A program made the translations under genes and the position numbers. Of a stretch of 64,000 bases of DNA, positions 50,018 to 60,736 are shown one piece after another. Under the pieces are notes generated by a model that had not been told where the DNA came from, did no database searches, and saw only the letters and a program-made list of their open reading frames with translations. The number at the start of each line of letters is the position of its first letter. The stretch's first letter is position 1. The stretch is from Oceanispirochaeta sp. (GTDB lineage: Bacteria > Spirochaetota > Spirochaetia > DSM-2461): positions 576,001 through 640,000 of the forward strand of contig CAXXXD010000003.1 of the NCBI GenBank assembly GCA_963663385.2, read 5' to 3'.

Positions 50018-50260
50018 ATGAAAAAAGCAGAAATTACCTATCCCTGTAAATGGTCCTTCCGTGTCATCGGACTGGATAAAGAGGCCATGACAGGGGACAT
50101 TAGAAATATTATGGCAGATAGAGCATATACTCTGGGAGAGTCAAACAGAAAGGGGAAATATCTTTCCCTGAATCTTTCTCTTGACGTGGACTCCAGAAAC
50201 GAGAGGAATATCCTGTTTGCCGCCCTCAAAAGTTCGACTTCTGTAACCATGGTTATCTAA
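50018..50260 (+). CDS. DUF493/YbeD-like ACT-fold protein
   Basis: YPC.W.FRVIG...S.RKGKYLSL pattern. Confidence 0.85.
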   Translation: MKKAEITYPCKWSFRVIGLDKEAMTGDIRNIMADRAYTLGESNRKGKYLSLNLSLDVDSRNERNILFAALKSSTSVTMVI

Positions 50261-50347
50261 GCAGGCATTCCTGTTCGCTTTTCCCTGTTGTTTCCCCTAT
50301 AATTGTTTAATGGAAAATCCCTTCGTGGGGAGAACCGGGGAGGAGTT

Positions 50348-52057
50348 ATGCAAAAGCTGTCCATATGGATTTCTATCCTGTTAATATCGGCTTTCGCTCT
50401 GGGAGCCCAGCAGGCACAGGGGCTGGATCCTCTGCCCGAAGGACTGAATCAGTCCATGGCGCAGGCCCAGCCCAGGGGAGTGATCACATCCGAGGCAGCT
50501 ATCCCCGGAGACGGAATCGAAACCCGTTCCCTCCCCCCCAGAGTAGACCTTTCATCCTATCTTCCGCCGGTGGGAAGTCAGGGAAATATCGGCAGCTGTT
50601 CCGCCTGGTCCACCGTTTACTATGCCAAAACCATACAGGAAAATCAGGAACGTCAGTGGGGGGCCGATACGCCTGATCATCAGTACAGCCCCCTCTTTAC
50701 ATACAATCAGATTACCGGCGGTGTGAATCAGGGCACAGCCATAACCGATCATATGATCATCCTGGAAAAGCAGGGCGTTCCCCCTCTAAGTGCTTTCCCT
50801 CATACAGAGAATATCAATATTCAGCCCGGAAAAGCCGTCATGAAAGAGGCTGAACAGTACAGGTCTCTCTCACACAGGAATCTGGATCAGTACAATGCCA
50901 AAACCGGAACCTGGTCTGTGGATCTGACTGCCGTAAAAACGGCTCTGGCTGAAGGGTTTCCTGTTGTGGGCGGGTTTCAGATTTATGAAAACTTCTATGA
51001 CTACAGGGGCGGGATCTATAACCGGACCGCCGGCGCCCCTTCGGGGGGACATGCCATGTGTATTGTCGGTTATGATGATGCCAGAGGAGCGCTTCGTATT
51101 GTAAACTCCTGGGGTACCTGGTGGGGCGAGGAGGGGTTCCTCTGGCTGGCATACGATCTGTTCGAGCCGCTCTGCACCTATAACTGCGCCCTGATGTATG
51201 ACAAAATCGATTCTGTTCCCGAACTGGTTCAGGCTCCTCCTGATCTGAGGGTTTCAAAGGGGGGCTACCGGGACAGGATCGAACTGAAGTGGGAAGGGGT
51301 CGATGGCGCAGATTTCTATCTGGTTTACAAAGTCAATAATGAGGAAGGAGTGCTGAAGGAGATCTCCCGAACCACCGAACCGGCCTATACCGATGAATCT
51401 CTGCCTCCCGGGGTCAGCTATATCTATGCGGTAAAAAGCGGTAAAAGTAAAAAGACCGGAAATCTGATCAGTGAATTCAGCGAGATAGGCGAAGGCTGGA
51501 CGGCAGAAGTCAGGTCTCCTCCCGGTATTCCCTCCAATCTGACCTATACCCTCTATAAGGAGAATCCCCTCCTGATCTGGGATCCTGTGGAAGAGGCCGA
51601 GGGGTATAACATTTATCGCTGGGATGCCGAAAAGGAAGAGTATTCCGGTATCGGCCGGTCAGGTGATTCCACCTACCTGGACCGCTCCTTCGGGGAAATC
51701 CCCGGGGGCGGCATTATCTATTACATAGTGGAAGCGTATAATGATTACGGTTCCGGCTATGCCACAGATAACCTGAGTGTTCTGAAAGAGCTCCCTGAAT
51801 CCGGAGATGACAGCTCTCCCGTTGTCATTGTATCAGTCGATACCAGGGACGATGTGGCCGCTTACGGGAATAGACAGAACAGTTTTTCCGGAGAATTCCA
51901 CAGAACAGACTACTTTGACTACGAGTATACCATGGCCAGGTTCCGGGAATTCTACGAAAAGGAACAGGAAGCCTTCCGTAACTTCAAGCAGGATGAACGG
52001 AACAGTTTTGAAGAGTGGAAAAAGAGGAATGAATCCCCCTCCCGTTTCGGAAACTGA
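50348..52057 (+). CDS. Secreted papain-like (C1) cysteine peptidase with two FN3-like domains
   Basis: QGNIGSCSAW, GGHAMCIVGY and IVNSWG..WG..G; FN3-like L.W..V.GA..Y.VY repeats. Confidence 0.9.
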   Translation: MQKLSIWISILLISAFALGAQQAQGLDPLPEGLNQSMAQAQPRGVITSEAAIPGDGIETRSLPPRVDLSSYLPPVGSQGNIGSCSAWSTVYYAKTIQENQERQWGADTPDHQYSPLFTYNQITGGVNQGTAITDHMIILEKQGVPPLSAFPHTENINIQPGKAVMKEAEQYRSLSHRNLDQYNAKTGTWSVDLTAVKTALAEGFPVVGGFQIYENFYDYRGGIYNRTAGAPSGGHAMCIVGYDDARGALRIVNSWGTWWGEEGFLWLAYDLFEPLCTYNCALMYDKIDSVPELVQAPPDLRVSKGGYRDRIELKWEGVDGADFYLVYKVNNEEGVLKEISRTTEPAYTDESLPPGVSYIYAVKSGKSKKTGNLISEFSEIGEGWTAEVRSPPGIPSNLTYTLYKENPLLIWDPVEEAEGYNIYRWDAEKEEYSGIGRSGDSTYLDRSFGEIPGGGIIYYIVEAYNDYGSGYATDNLSVLKELPESGDDSSPVVIVSVDTRDDVAAYGNRQNSFSGEFHRTDYFDYEYTMARFREFYEKEQEAFRNFKQDERNSFEEWKKRNESPSRFGN

Positions 52058-52117
52058 CAGCTTTTATGGCGATCATCTGCTGTATTACAGTCAGCCTTCC
52101 GTGTAACGGGAATCCCT

Positions 52118-53437
52118 TTACTCCCCGCTCCCTGCAATGTGAGCATTTCGGAATAGTACCGCATCGGGCCCCTTATAGAAGTCTTTCTGTATTATTCTGT
52201 CCGACAGGTATATCTCCTTCTGAACATCGAAGAGGCAGGCCGAGAGGGATGCTCCTGTAATGGGTTTGTACTCCTTCCCGTCAAAATACCGGGCCAGGCG
52301 GATCTCTCCGCCGAAATCACCTGTCAGGGAATCCATCTGAAAATCCGAAAAGGCCAGAACCTCCACATGGGGTTCTTCACAGTACTTTCGAAATGCCTCT
52401 CCGTTTCCCGGTTTTACCTCCCTGTGGGGAATGCTGCCCGTCGGCTTGATTCCCAGGTAATATGAGTACTGGATATCTCCGTGAAACTGTTTCAATACCC
52501 CTTTTTCGTAGAGCATGACAGGTTTCAGGGTAATCCCGTCCCTGTCATAGGGAACCGAGCCCGGCGCATTGGGAAGAGCGGGATTCAGGGTCAGATCAAT
52601 CACATCACCCTGAACATCATCTCCCTGAAAGAGCCTGCCTGTTTCCGCTCTGGATAAACCTTCGTATTTTGCCCTGGCACTGGCCTGATGGACATAAAAA
52701 TCCATCATTTCTCCAACCGCTTCCCCTTTGAGGATAATATTAACCCCTTTCAGATCAGGGGCTTTCCGGGCAAGGGCTCTTAACCGGCAGTTCTCAATCT
52801 GTTCGGCGCATTCTTTTTCTACAAGATCGGGGCAGTAATCTGAGAAGGAGAACATATTATACAGTTCCACACTTTCCTCTCCCTCCTGCCACTCGGTAAT
52901 CAGTTCAATATCACCCCTGCTGGCACTGTAGGAAACATCGATTCCGCCGGAGTTGATAAAACGGTACTCCATACGGGATACAAAGATTTCGGCAGAATTA
53001 ATCCCTCCTTTTCTCCCTGGGGTATTCGGGGTATCATTTTTATAAAGGCTTCCGGTCAATCCCTGCAGAATCTGCGTCCACTCATCCGATGCAAGGCGGC
53101 TTGAAAACCGGAAAAAAGGCTGTTCTCCCTTTCCGGGAAGAGGGTAGTAGGGATTTTTAACAAATGAGGCGGCATAATAGGCTTTATCAAGTTCCTTCCG
53201 GATTTCCTCTTCCTTCATGGTGGGAAGGATTTTAAGGGATGCGGATCCCTTATACCGATCTTCTCCCTCTTTAAAATCCCGGTAAACCGTAACGATATAT
53301 TTTCTGATCTGTTTTGCCCGGTTCATATCCAGGTCCTGTTTAATAAAAAACAGCTCTCTGGCCTCTGTTCTTTCTTCCAGAATTTTCCATTGATCTATAT
53401 TAAGCTTGTTTAAAAGTGTTTGGATTATCTCAACCAT
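52118..53437 (-). CDS. PmbA/TldE-like partner of TldD
   Basis: Coupled to tldD; YDRDG, TG and TGDFGGE segments; no HExxH. Confidence 0.82.
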   Translation of the reverse strand: MVEIIQTLLNKLNIDQWKILEERTEARELFFIKQDLDMNRAKQIRKYIVTVYRDFKEGEDRYKGSASLKILPTMKEEEIRKELDKAYYAASFVKNPYYPLPGKGEQPFFRFSSRLASDEWTQILQGLTGSLYKNDTPNTPGRKGGINSAEIFVSRMEYRFINSGGIDVSYSASRGDIELITEWQEGEESVELYNMFSFSDYCPDLVEKECAEQIENCRLRALARKAPDLKGVNIILKGEAVGEMMDFYVHQASARAKYEGLSRAETGRLFQGDDVQGDVIDLTLNPALPNAPGSVPYDRDGITLKPVMLYEKGVLKQFHGDIQYSYYLGIKPTGSIPHREVKPGNGEAFRKYCEEPHVEVLAFSDFQMDSLTGDFGGEIRLARYFDGKEYKPITGASLSACLFDVQKEIYLSDRIIQKDFYKGPDAVLFRNAHIAGSGE

Positions 53438-54855
53438 TATGCCAATCTCCCTCTGGTTTTCAGATAGGGACCTCCGGTGGAGGTCTTTACCATCTCCTTA
53501 TAGCCTTTGCCGCAGGCTCCCGATCCGGAAAGTTTAAAGTCGCCGCTGACCATTGAGATGGATTTCAGGAGGTCCGGAACAAATCCCGTGAGGTATACAG
53601 GGGCCACTATCCGGCCGGTGAAATCCCCGTCTAGTATTTCCCGCCCTTTTAATGCGACGCACTGGATGCCCCAGTTTCTGGGATCTTCCATTCCCGATGT
53701 AAAGTTTTCAAGCAGATACCCTTTTCTGATGGATCTGACCATATCATCCAGAGAGTCGCTGCCCGGACTGAAAAATGTGTTTGTCATACGGGCGTAGGCC
53801 TTTCTCTCGAATGACTCCCTCTTGCCGTTCCCAGTGGGAACCGTATTCAGTTGTAAAGCAGAAAGAAGATCGGAAATCCCGTTTTTCAGGATGCCCCTGT
53901 CTATAACCAGAGTATCCGTTCCTATGGTTCCTTCGTCATCAAAAAGATAGGAGGACACCTGGCTGGCTGCGGCGGCACCGTCATGCATGCTGACTTTGGA
54001 CGAGGCTACCCCTTTATTCATATATTCAACTGCTTTGGCTCTCTTCTTTACAAACATATCCATTTCCACACCGTGACCGAAAGCTTCATGGGCGATTAGC
54101 CCCGACATGGAGGGATCACAGATGATGTCGTACTCACCGGGCACCAGTCTGTCCGCTTCCAGTAACTCTTTTACTTCCCGGACGGCCGGTTCAATCCCGC
54201 TTTTCATTTCATCCAGGAGTTCTGCTCCCTTTAACCCGGAAAAACTGCGGTAGGTATATTTCATCCCTTCACTGTTTTTACCGATAGGATACACATACCC
54301 CTGGGACCAGATGTAGGACTGTTCCAGATTTTTTCTGCTTGAAAGGAATATTTTTGAAACATGGGCATATTCATAAATTACCCGGATATCTATCAGATAG
54401 TCTGCCAGGGCCATACCCCGTTCCATCTCTTCGGTCAGAGTTTCTATCAGCTCTCTGGCCGGTATTGAATCGGGATGGATCTGAACGCTGCCGTTGAAGG
54501 ACCGGGTAATCTCCTCCTCTTCAATAAGTGGGTAGGTAACAGCTTTTCCTTCTTCTGCAAGTGTTTTCTGATCTTCAGCAACTGACCGGACGGCATCAGC
54601 TACCTCCAGCAGGTTGCCGGTTTCATTAAAGGAATATTCAGAATAGGAATATCCGTTATAAACACGGCAGACAAATCCACGTTCCGCCCAGGCTGATTCA
54701 TTGACAGCGGAACCGGTCCTGGCTACCTGGTAACGGGTTCCCCTGGTATCTGTCCCAAGAATTGAGACGTATGTAAAATCTTCCGACAACATGCTTATGA
54801 GTTTTTGAAGAGCTTCTTTGTGCCGAGTCAGGAATCCGGATAGTTCAACTTCCAT
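53437..54855 (-). CDS. tldD: TldD family metalloprotease
   Basis: HEAFGHG, DDEG, TGNGKR, RMTNT and GACGK motifs. Confidence 0.92.
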   Translation of the reverse strand: MEVELSGFLTRHKEALQKLISMLSEDFTYVSILGTDTRGTRYQVARTGSAVNESAWAERGFVCRVYNGYSYSEYSFNETGNLLEVADAVRSVAEDQKTLAEEGKAVTYPLIEEEEITRSFNGSVQIHPDSIPARELIETLTEEMERGMALADYLIDIRVIYEYAHVSKIFLSSRKNLEQSYIWSQGYVYPIGKNSEGMKYTYRSFSGLKGAELLDEMKSGIEPAVREVKELLEADRLVPGEYDIICDPSMSGLIAHEAFGHGVEMDMFVKKRAKAVEYMNKGVASSKVSMHDGAAAASQVSSYLFDDEGTIGTDTLVIDRGILKNGISDLLSALQLNTVPTGNGKRESFERKAYARMTNTFFSPGSDSLDDMVRSIRKGYLLENFTSGMEDPRNWGIQCVALKGREILDGDFTGRIVAPVYLTGFVPDLLKSISMVSGDFKLSGSGACGKGYKEMVKTSTGGPYLKTRGRLA

Positions 54856-54947
54856 GCAATGCCTCCTTATGCCCGATTGTTAGAGTTGTAAGTATTCCGT
54901 TATGCTACACTGATTCCCCTGTATTTGTATATTCAAGAAAAAAAGTC

Positions 54948-55535
54948 TTATTCCTCTTTCAGGATCCTCATTTCCAGAAGAATCTTTTCCCGGGGAAAAT
55001 CAGTTCTGGCGCCTCTGTCTTGGGCGTATGTTGTAAATACCACGCTTCCAAAACGGGCTTCACGGAATTCACCGGCAAAGGATCCTGCCAGTTCATTCTC
55101 TATATAGAAATTCCATTTACCACTTTTCAGTCTGGCATGAACCTTAACAGGCTCTCCCATCTGGTATTTGCCATATCCTCTCCATGAATCTTCGAGAGGA
55201 TAGAGGGTTTGGGGGTCCGGAAAGTTATCATGCCCCTTATAATCCACCGCAAACAGCGGGAGAGAGGTTTTTTCATCTGTATCAATTTTTATTCCGAAGA
55301 GGAATCCTCTCCCGCCGGAATAGGGGGTATATTCCACAGACAGAGCATGAGCGTCCTTATGGAAACCGGACCACCCTTTATACGACACCATTCCCGTATT
55401 GTTCGGGTTGTTGCTTTCAAAAAAGTAATGGACTGTCTCCTGCATTTCCCATATTCGAGAAACAAGAGGCTCTTCATTGGTGACACAGGCTGTGATTAAA
55501 AGAATAATACCCCATACAAGATGTATCTTCTTCAT
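54948..55535 (-). CDS. Hypothetical lipoprotein
   Basis: AGGAG RBS; lipobox LITAC. Confidence 0.7.
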   Translation of the reverse strand: MKKIHLVWGIILLITACVTNEEPLVSRIWEMQETVHYFFESNNPNNTGMVSYKGWSGFHKDAHALSVEYTPYSGGRGFLFGIKIDTDEKTSLPLFAVDYKGHDNFPDPQTLYPLEDSWRGYGKYQMGEPVKVHARLKSGKWNFYIENELAGSFAGEFREARFGSVVFTTYAQDRGARTDFPREKILLEMRILKEE

Positions 55536-55683
55536 GCCTATTCTCCTGAGAGTCCTTTAGAACTACATTAGTTATACGGGATAGAAATACTTTTTTCACA
55601 GTAGTTTTCCGACAGAAGAACTCTAATCCCCATTCAGTCTCCCCGCATTATTGTATAACAGGAGGCTTCTGAAAACTGAATGA

Positions 55684-56607
55684 TCATTCAGGGGCATGCC
55701 GTTTTTCGGTGAATACGGTTATCCTGTTTTTACCGTTTCTCTTTGATTCGTAAAGCGCATAATCGGCATGATCCAGAAGCTGTTCCACTTTTTTGATTTC
55801 TTCTCCAACTTCTGCAATCCCGATACTGACTGTCACACCAACTTCTTTCCCTTCTTCAAAAAGAGTTTTTGCAGCTTCCACTTCTTTTCTCAACCGTTCG
55901 GCAAAGGAATAGGCCCCATCGCTGTCCGTATCGGGAAGGGCTATACAGAATTCTTCACCGCCGTAACGGGCCAGAATATCGCTGCCCCGGATTATGGTAG
56001 AACTGGTATGGGCAATCTCTTTCAGAATTATATCTCCGAATTGATGCCCGTATGTATCATTCACATATTTAAAGTTATCAATATCAATCATTAAAAGGCT
56101 GAATAAACGCCCTTTCCTTTTATAGCGGGTCAGTTCTTCCGATAGTCTGTTGTCCAGGTACCGTCTGTTATGAATCCCGGTTAAACTGTCCTGCTGGGTC
56201 ATCATTTTCAGGGATTTTTCCAGATAAACGCTTTCTGTCACATCCTGAATGGTCAGGACTATTTGTGACACTTTACCCTTGTCATCCCTGATAGGGGTCA
56301 TGGTGCAGCTTTGCTGCATGTTGTCAAATGCAGTGGCATGAAACCCTGCTGCCTTAAAAGGGAAAAGGTAGTTATGCAGTTTCTGAGAGTAGAACACATA
56401 ATTCCCGAAATTCAGAACGGATTTACAGCTTCTTAAAAAGCTGGGAGAACTAAGGTGGGGGTAGTGATTGAAAATTACAGTGCCGATCATATCTTCCTTT
56501 TTCTTTCCACTGTGAATTTCCATCCATCTGTTCCAGTCGACAATCGTGTATTTACTGTCCAGAATAACAATGCCCAAACTGATAACATTCAAAATCTGTC
56601 TATACAT
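55684..56607 (-). CDS. PAS + GGDEF diguanylate cyclase
   Basis: PAS (WNRWME); DSLTG, DID.FK.VNDTYGH, I-site RGSD and active-site GGEEF. Confidence 0.93.
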   Translation of the reverse strand: MYRQILNVISLGIVILDSKYTIVDWNRWMEIHSGKKKEDMIGTVIFNHYPHLSSPSFLRSCKSVLNFGNYVFYSQKLHNYLFPFKAAGFHATAFDNMQQSCTMTPIRDDKGKVSQIVLTIQDVTESVYLEKSLKMMTQQDSLTGIHNRRYLDNRLSEELTRYKRKGRLFSLLMIDIDNFKYVNDTYGHQFGDIILKEIAHTSSTIIRGSDILARYGGEEFCIALPDTDSDGAYSFAERLRKEVEAAKTLFEEGKEVGVTVSIGIAEVGEEIKKVEQLLDHADYALYESKRNGKNRITVFTEKRHAPE

Positions 56608-56610
56608 GGT

Positions 56611-57243
56611 TTACCCCTGGAATTTTTTTAATGCTTTTTTTAAATGGGGGACTGATTCCTGACTGTTAAGGAGGAACAGATAACCGGTTACCTTTCTGTC
56701 TTCGAAACTGAATCCTGTTTTCATGACAATCGCAATATCTTCGTCTTTCAGGCCGCTGTTGGCAAAAGAATCCCGCATTTGTTCTCCCCGCATGGATTGG
56801 GGGGGCATATATATTATGTCACTTTCAAGAAGCTCAAATATTTTCCCCATGCATGCCCCGATCAGAATATTCCCGATTTCCATAAGGACTTCTTTTTCCA
56901 GTTCAATCAGTTCATCCGATTCATAACTGATTACTTCAGGATGCTGAAAGTAGGAAATCAACTCTTTTTCCATTCCATAGGGAAAAATAAGAAAGGCAAT
57001 TCCACTAAAGTCGCCATGATATTTCTGCTCGACTATGCTGGAGTTGTCAAAATCCGAAACTTCGTTCTGTACATAATCTATTAAAACCGAGTTCTTGAGG
57101 ATTTTCAGAAACGGGACATTGAGATTAATAAAAATATCCATCAAATCAGCCAGATCTGATACGGCTGAACCAAAAGATATATTCAGGATTTCCTGAAGAG
57201 CATCCAGTTCCAGCTCTGTAAATTTGTCATTCGTTCTGCCCAT
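56611..57243 (-). CDS. CheC-like phosphatase
   Basis: Two E-x-x-N motifs (ALQEILNI, LMEIGNILIG). Confidence 0.88.
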   Translation of the reverse strand: MGRTNDKFTELELDALQEILNISFGSAVSDLADLMDIFINLNVPFLKILKNSVLIDYVQNEVSDFDNSSIVEQKYHGDFSGIAFLIFPYGMEKELISYFQHPEVISYESDELIELEKEVLMEIGNILIGACMGKIFELLESDIIYMPPQSMRGEQMRDSFANSGLKDEDIAIVMKTGFSFEDRKVTGYLFLLNSQESVPHLKKALKKFQG

Positions 57244-57252
57244 TTTACTCAG

Positions 57253-57615
57253 TTACCTGTTTATTCTCTTTGCCAGAATATCGGATATATCCTCCCTGCG
57301 GGGCAATTTCCTTATTACCTCATAAGCTCCAAGATTTTTGCACCGTTCCACTGATTTCTTCTGTATATCCGCTGTCAGTATTATTACAGTTGCTTCCGGA
57401 TTTATTCCTATAATTTTTTCCAGGGCTTCATATCCGTCCATAACAGGCATTGTTAAATCTAAAAATGTAATATCCGGAAGGGTTTTTCTGTAAATTTCAA
57501 CCGCCTCCCGACCATTTGAGGCTTCTTCAATCTCAATAGATTGGTCAAACTCTCTGATCAGGGAAGATATAAGCATTCTGGCAGCTCTTGAATCATCCAC
57601 AACTAGTATTTTCAT
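57253..57615 (-). CDS. CheY-like single-domain response regulator
   Basis: VVDDS, FLDLTMP and LTADIQ motifs and the conserved Lys. Confidence 0.9.
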   Translation of the reverse strand: MKILVVDDSRAARMLISSLIREFDQSIEIEEASNGREAVEIYRKTLPDITFLDLTMPVMDGYEALEKIIGINPEATVIILTADIQKKSVERCKNLGAYEVIRKLPRREDISDILAKRINR

Positions 57616-57816
57616 ATTCTATCCTCTGATGTATTCCGGGATCAGCCCGGATAAAATTCTCAGTATTATTCTCTTAATTGTAGAGGAATTATCAGGGTTT
57701 TTCAAACTCTGTTATTTATATGTTTCCCGGATAGGCTGGTTAAGGCGGATCCGGGCGTTACTTGTTTTTAACAATTAGCTGTTTTTTTATTGATATTCAC
57801 TTTATTTATCCCGGTG

Positions 57817-57836
57817 ATATTTGCAATTGCAAATAT
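57817..57836. promoter_or_regulatory. Perfect 20-bp palindrome (candidate repressor operator)
   Basis: ATATTTGCAATTGCAAATAT, 47 bp upstream of the MCP start. Confidence 0.55.
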
Positions 57837-57883
57837 GAATGCCTATAATTTTTTAAAGACAATAATTATACAGAGGTTTAATT

Positions 57884-59830
57884 ATGAAGAAGAAAATGTC
57901 CGTCAAGTTTCAGATGCTTTTCAGTTTTTCAATACTGATTATATTTACCATGGTTGTAGGGGGTTCAGGAAAAAGCGGCATTGAATCCATTAATAAGCAG
58001 AATCAGATTCGCAGCTTCATTTCATCTTCACTGGTGAATGTTCAGGATGCCCAGGCTGCTTCGCTGCGCTATGTGATATATGGATCAGAAAGCTATATGG
58101 AAGAGCTGAACGCCCACTGTGACAGGGCTCTTGCCAATGTACGGAATGCCATGGCTTTAAGTCGTTTGGAAGAGATCCTGGCAGATTCCAGCAAAATGAT
58201 TGAGGCTGTTGAGGTATACAAGGAGTATAACAGCAAGTATCTGGATTTCGGCAGAAATCTTCAGAACCTTTCAGATGAGAGAGCCGAAGCGGCAGCAGTA
58301 ATTCTGTCCGAAATCAACGAGATGATCTCCCTTGAAGAAAAAAATACCCGGGGATCATTCCTTCTTCCGTTAAAGGAAATGCAGAGTCAGGTGTATCTTT
58401 TTCATAATAATGCTTACCGTTACATGCTGGCTGCAACACAGGATACCCGGGACTCCGAGTTGTCAGTCTGGCTGGAAAATCTGAATGTTTTCCGCGGTAT
58501 GGCAGAAACAGCTGCCACGGAGGATATCAGTTTCAAACAGCGGATGTCCCTGGAGAGGATTATTGAACATACTGATATGTATATTGAGAAAGTAGAAGCT
58601 TATACTGTGACTCTCTCTGAGCAGAAAGCCCTGATGCCCACCATTAAAGCAATGGCTTTGCAGGTTGTAGAAAGTGGTGTTTCAGCATCTGATGCGGTTG
58701 AAAAATCCATAGAGAACCTTTCCAGACAGAACCTGATAGTCACGCTGTCCATACTGGCGGCTGCCATGCTTTTTGGTATTGTCATAGCAATCATAATTAC
58801 CCGCTCCCTGACAAGGCAGCTTGGCGGCGAACCATATGAAATAGTCGAGCTGACAAGTAGAATCGCCGAGGGTGATCTGAATATCAATTTTCCTGACCGG
58901 GAACTGACAGGTGTTTATCAGTCCATGAAACATATGACTGCCAGACTGACACAGATTGTCAATGACATTGTGGGGGCGGCGGATCAGGTTACGGAAGGGA
59001 GCGAGCAGATCTCTTCATCCTCTCAGGAAATTTCATCCGGAACAAGCGAGCAGGCTTCCAATATGGAGGAGGTCTCAGCTTCGATCGAACAGCTTAACGC
59101 CAATATTCAGCAGAATACGGATAATTCACAGCAGTCCAATTTTATGGCAAAAAAAGTTGCGGAAGATTCTCAGGAGGGCAGTCTCGCAGTTGCCGAAACG
59201 GTAGACGCCATGAAAAATATTGCAGAAAAAATCTCGGTTATTCAGGAAATAGCCAGGAGCACCAATATGCTGGCTTTGAATGCGGCAATTGAAGCGGCCC
59301 GGGCAGGTGATGCGGGAAAAGGGTTTGCCGTTGTTGCTTCCGAGGTCCGGAAACTGGCAGAATCCAGCGGGTCCGCTGCCAAGGATATTACAGAGATAAC
59401 AGAGTCCAGTGTGCATAGGGCAATAGCTGCTCAGGAAAAGATAGAACAGATAGTTCCTGCCATGCGGAAGGCGGCAGATCTGGTGGAGGAGATTACCATG
59501 GCCAGTCAGGAGCAGAGTAAGGGAGCAGAGCAGATTAATGCAGCCATTGTTCAGCTTGATACGGTAATTCAGCAGAATGCTTCCGCATCGGAGGAACTTG
59601 CCTCCATGTCTGAAGAACTGTTTTCACAGGCTTCCTCCATGAAAGACACCATCAGTTTTTTCAAGGTAAAAAACAGGCATCTACGGCCGGCTATCGGCTA
59701 TCAGGTACAGGGTTCTGATAAAAAGAGTTTCGGAGCTGAGAAGCATACTGTCAGAAAGATTGCCGGACCGGACAAAATCAGTGAACCCGGGTACGCATAC
59801 ACGGCAGATGATGCTTTTGAGGAGTTCTGA
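57884..59830 (+). CDS. Methyl-accepting chemotaxis protein with a helical periplasmic sensor and a C-terminal CheR/CheB pentapeptide
   Basis: Two TMs, [25 protein letters not shown]; ends AFEEF. Confidence 0.94.
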   Translation: MKKKMSVKFQMLFSFSILIIFTMVVGGSGKSGIESINKQNQIRSFISSSLVNVQDAQAASLRYVIYGSESYMEELNAHCDRALANVRNAMALSRLEEILADSSKMIEAVEVYKEYNSKYLDFGRNLQNLSDERAEAAAVILSEINEMISLEEKNTRGSFLLPLKEMQSQVYLFHNNAYRYMLAATQDTRDSELSVWLENLNVFRGMAETAATEDISFKQRMSLERIIEHTDMYIEKVEAYTVTLSEQKALMPTIKAMALQVVESGVSASDAVEKSIENLSRQNLIVTLSILAAAMLFGIVIAIIITRSLTRQLGGEPYEIVELTSRIAEGDLNINFPDRELTGVYQSMKHMTARLTQIVNDIVGAADQVTEGSEQISSSSQEISSGTSEQASNMEEVSASIEQLNANIQQNTDNSQQSNFMAKKVAEDSQEGSLAVAETVDAMKNIAEKISVIQEIARSTNMLALNAAIEAARAGDAGKGFAVVASEVRKLAESSGSAAKDITEITESSVHRAIAAQEKIEQIVPAMRKAADLVEEITMASQEQSKGAEQINAAIVQLDTVIQQNASASEELASMSEELFSQASSMKDTISFFKVKNRHLRPAIGYQVQGSDKKSFGAEKHTVRKIAGPDKISEPGYAYTADDAFEEF

Positions 59831-59836
59831 TAAACC

Positions 59837-59867
59837 AAGGGATCCTGTTCAGGGTCCCTTTATTTTT
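59837..59867 (+). terminator. Rho-independent terminator
   Basis: aagggatcctg-tt-cagggtccctt followed by tattttt. Confidence 0.75.
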
Positions 59868-59904
59868 CCTGTTTTTTGTATATGATAAATCCAGGAGTTA
59901 AATC

Positions 59905-60633
59905 ATGGAGTATACAGAACAGTTTCGGATTTATTCATATGAAGTGGATATGACAAATAGAGCAACTCTCCAGACCATATGCCAGTATCTGCAGGAAGTT
60001 GCCTCCAATCATGCTGAAAAACTTGGATTCGGCATGACCTGGCTCCTTTCCAATCAGAGAACCTGGATGCTGTCCCGTCTAAAGGTCAATATGTTTTCCT
60101 ACCCTCGAGTCGGAGAGGATATTATTATTAAAACCTGGCCTTCCGGGGTGGAGCGCTTCTTTTTGCTGAGGGATTTTCTCATTATGAATAAGAACGGCGA
60201 GGTGCTTGGAGCTGCCGTAAGCAGCTGGGTTTATATGAATCTGGAGACTCATCGCCCGGTTCATCCTTCATCCGGAGAGATCTCCTTTATCCCCGAAAAC
60301 CCGGAACGGGCTATTGAAGAGAATCCCGGTAAGTTAAAAGCTTCAGAAAACTCTGAGGAAATTATCGCCTTCCAGGTTCGTTATAATGATCTGGACATGA
60401 ATAATCATGTCAATAACATCAAGTATATTGAATGGATCCTGGAGTGCCTGGACCCTGAATTCAGAAAAACTCATATTCCCGCGGAAATTACAATCAATTT
60501 TCTGGCAGAAGCCTTATATGGTCATGGTATTTCTGCTCATCTGGAAAAAAATGAAGAGATCTATGCCCATACCATCATAAGTAATGATAAGGATATCTGC
60601 AGAGCCGAAACCCGGTGGACCACCCTGCAGTAA
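59905..60633 (+). CDS. Acyl-ACP thioesterase (FatA/FatB-like double hotdog)
   Basis: LQEVA..HA, W.LSR and DLDMNNHVNN..YIEW motifs. Confidence 0.92.
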   Translation: MEYTEQFRIYSYEVDMTNRATLQTICQYLQEVASNHAEKLGFGMTWLLSNQRTWMLSRLKVNMFSYPRVGEDIIIKTWPSGVERFFLLRDFLIMNKNGEVLGAAVSSWVYMNLETHRPVHPSSGEISFIPENPERAIEENPGKLKASENSEEIIAFQVRYNDLDMNNHVNNIKYIEWILECLDPEFRKTHIPAEITINFLAEALYGHGISAHLEKNEEIYAHTIISNDKDICRAETRWTTLQ

Positions 60634-60736
60634 AACCGAACCCTGCCAATTTAATACAGAAAATTTTTTGGCTTGTATTCTGGCTTATCTCATTTATAAT
60701 GACTCTATTGAAAAAATGGTTCGGCGGGGTTTAAAT

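Noticed and set aside
52118..54855. TldD/E as a RiPP maturation cluster
   Set aside because: No precursor peptide, YcaO or radical SAM gene nearby.
57616..57883. c-di-GMP riboswitch upstream of the MCP or cheY
   Set aside because: No GGCAAA/GAAA/GCAAA class I pattern or class II signature on either strand.
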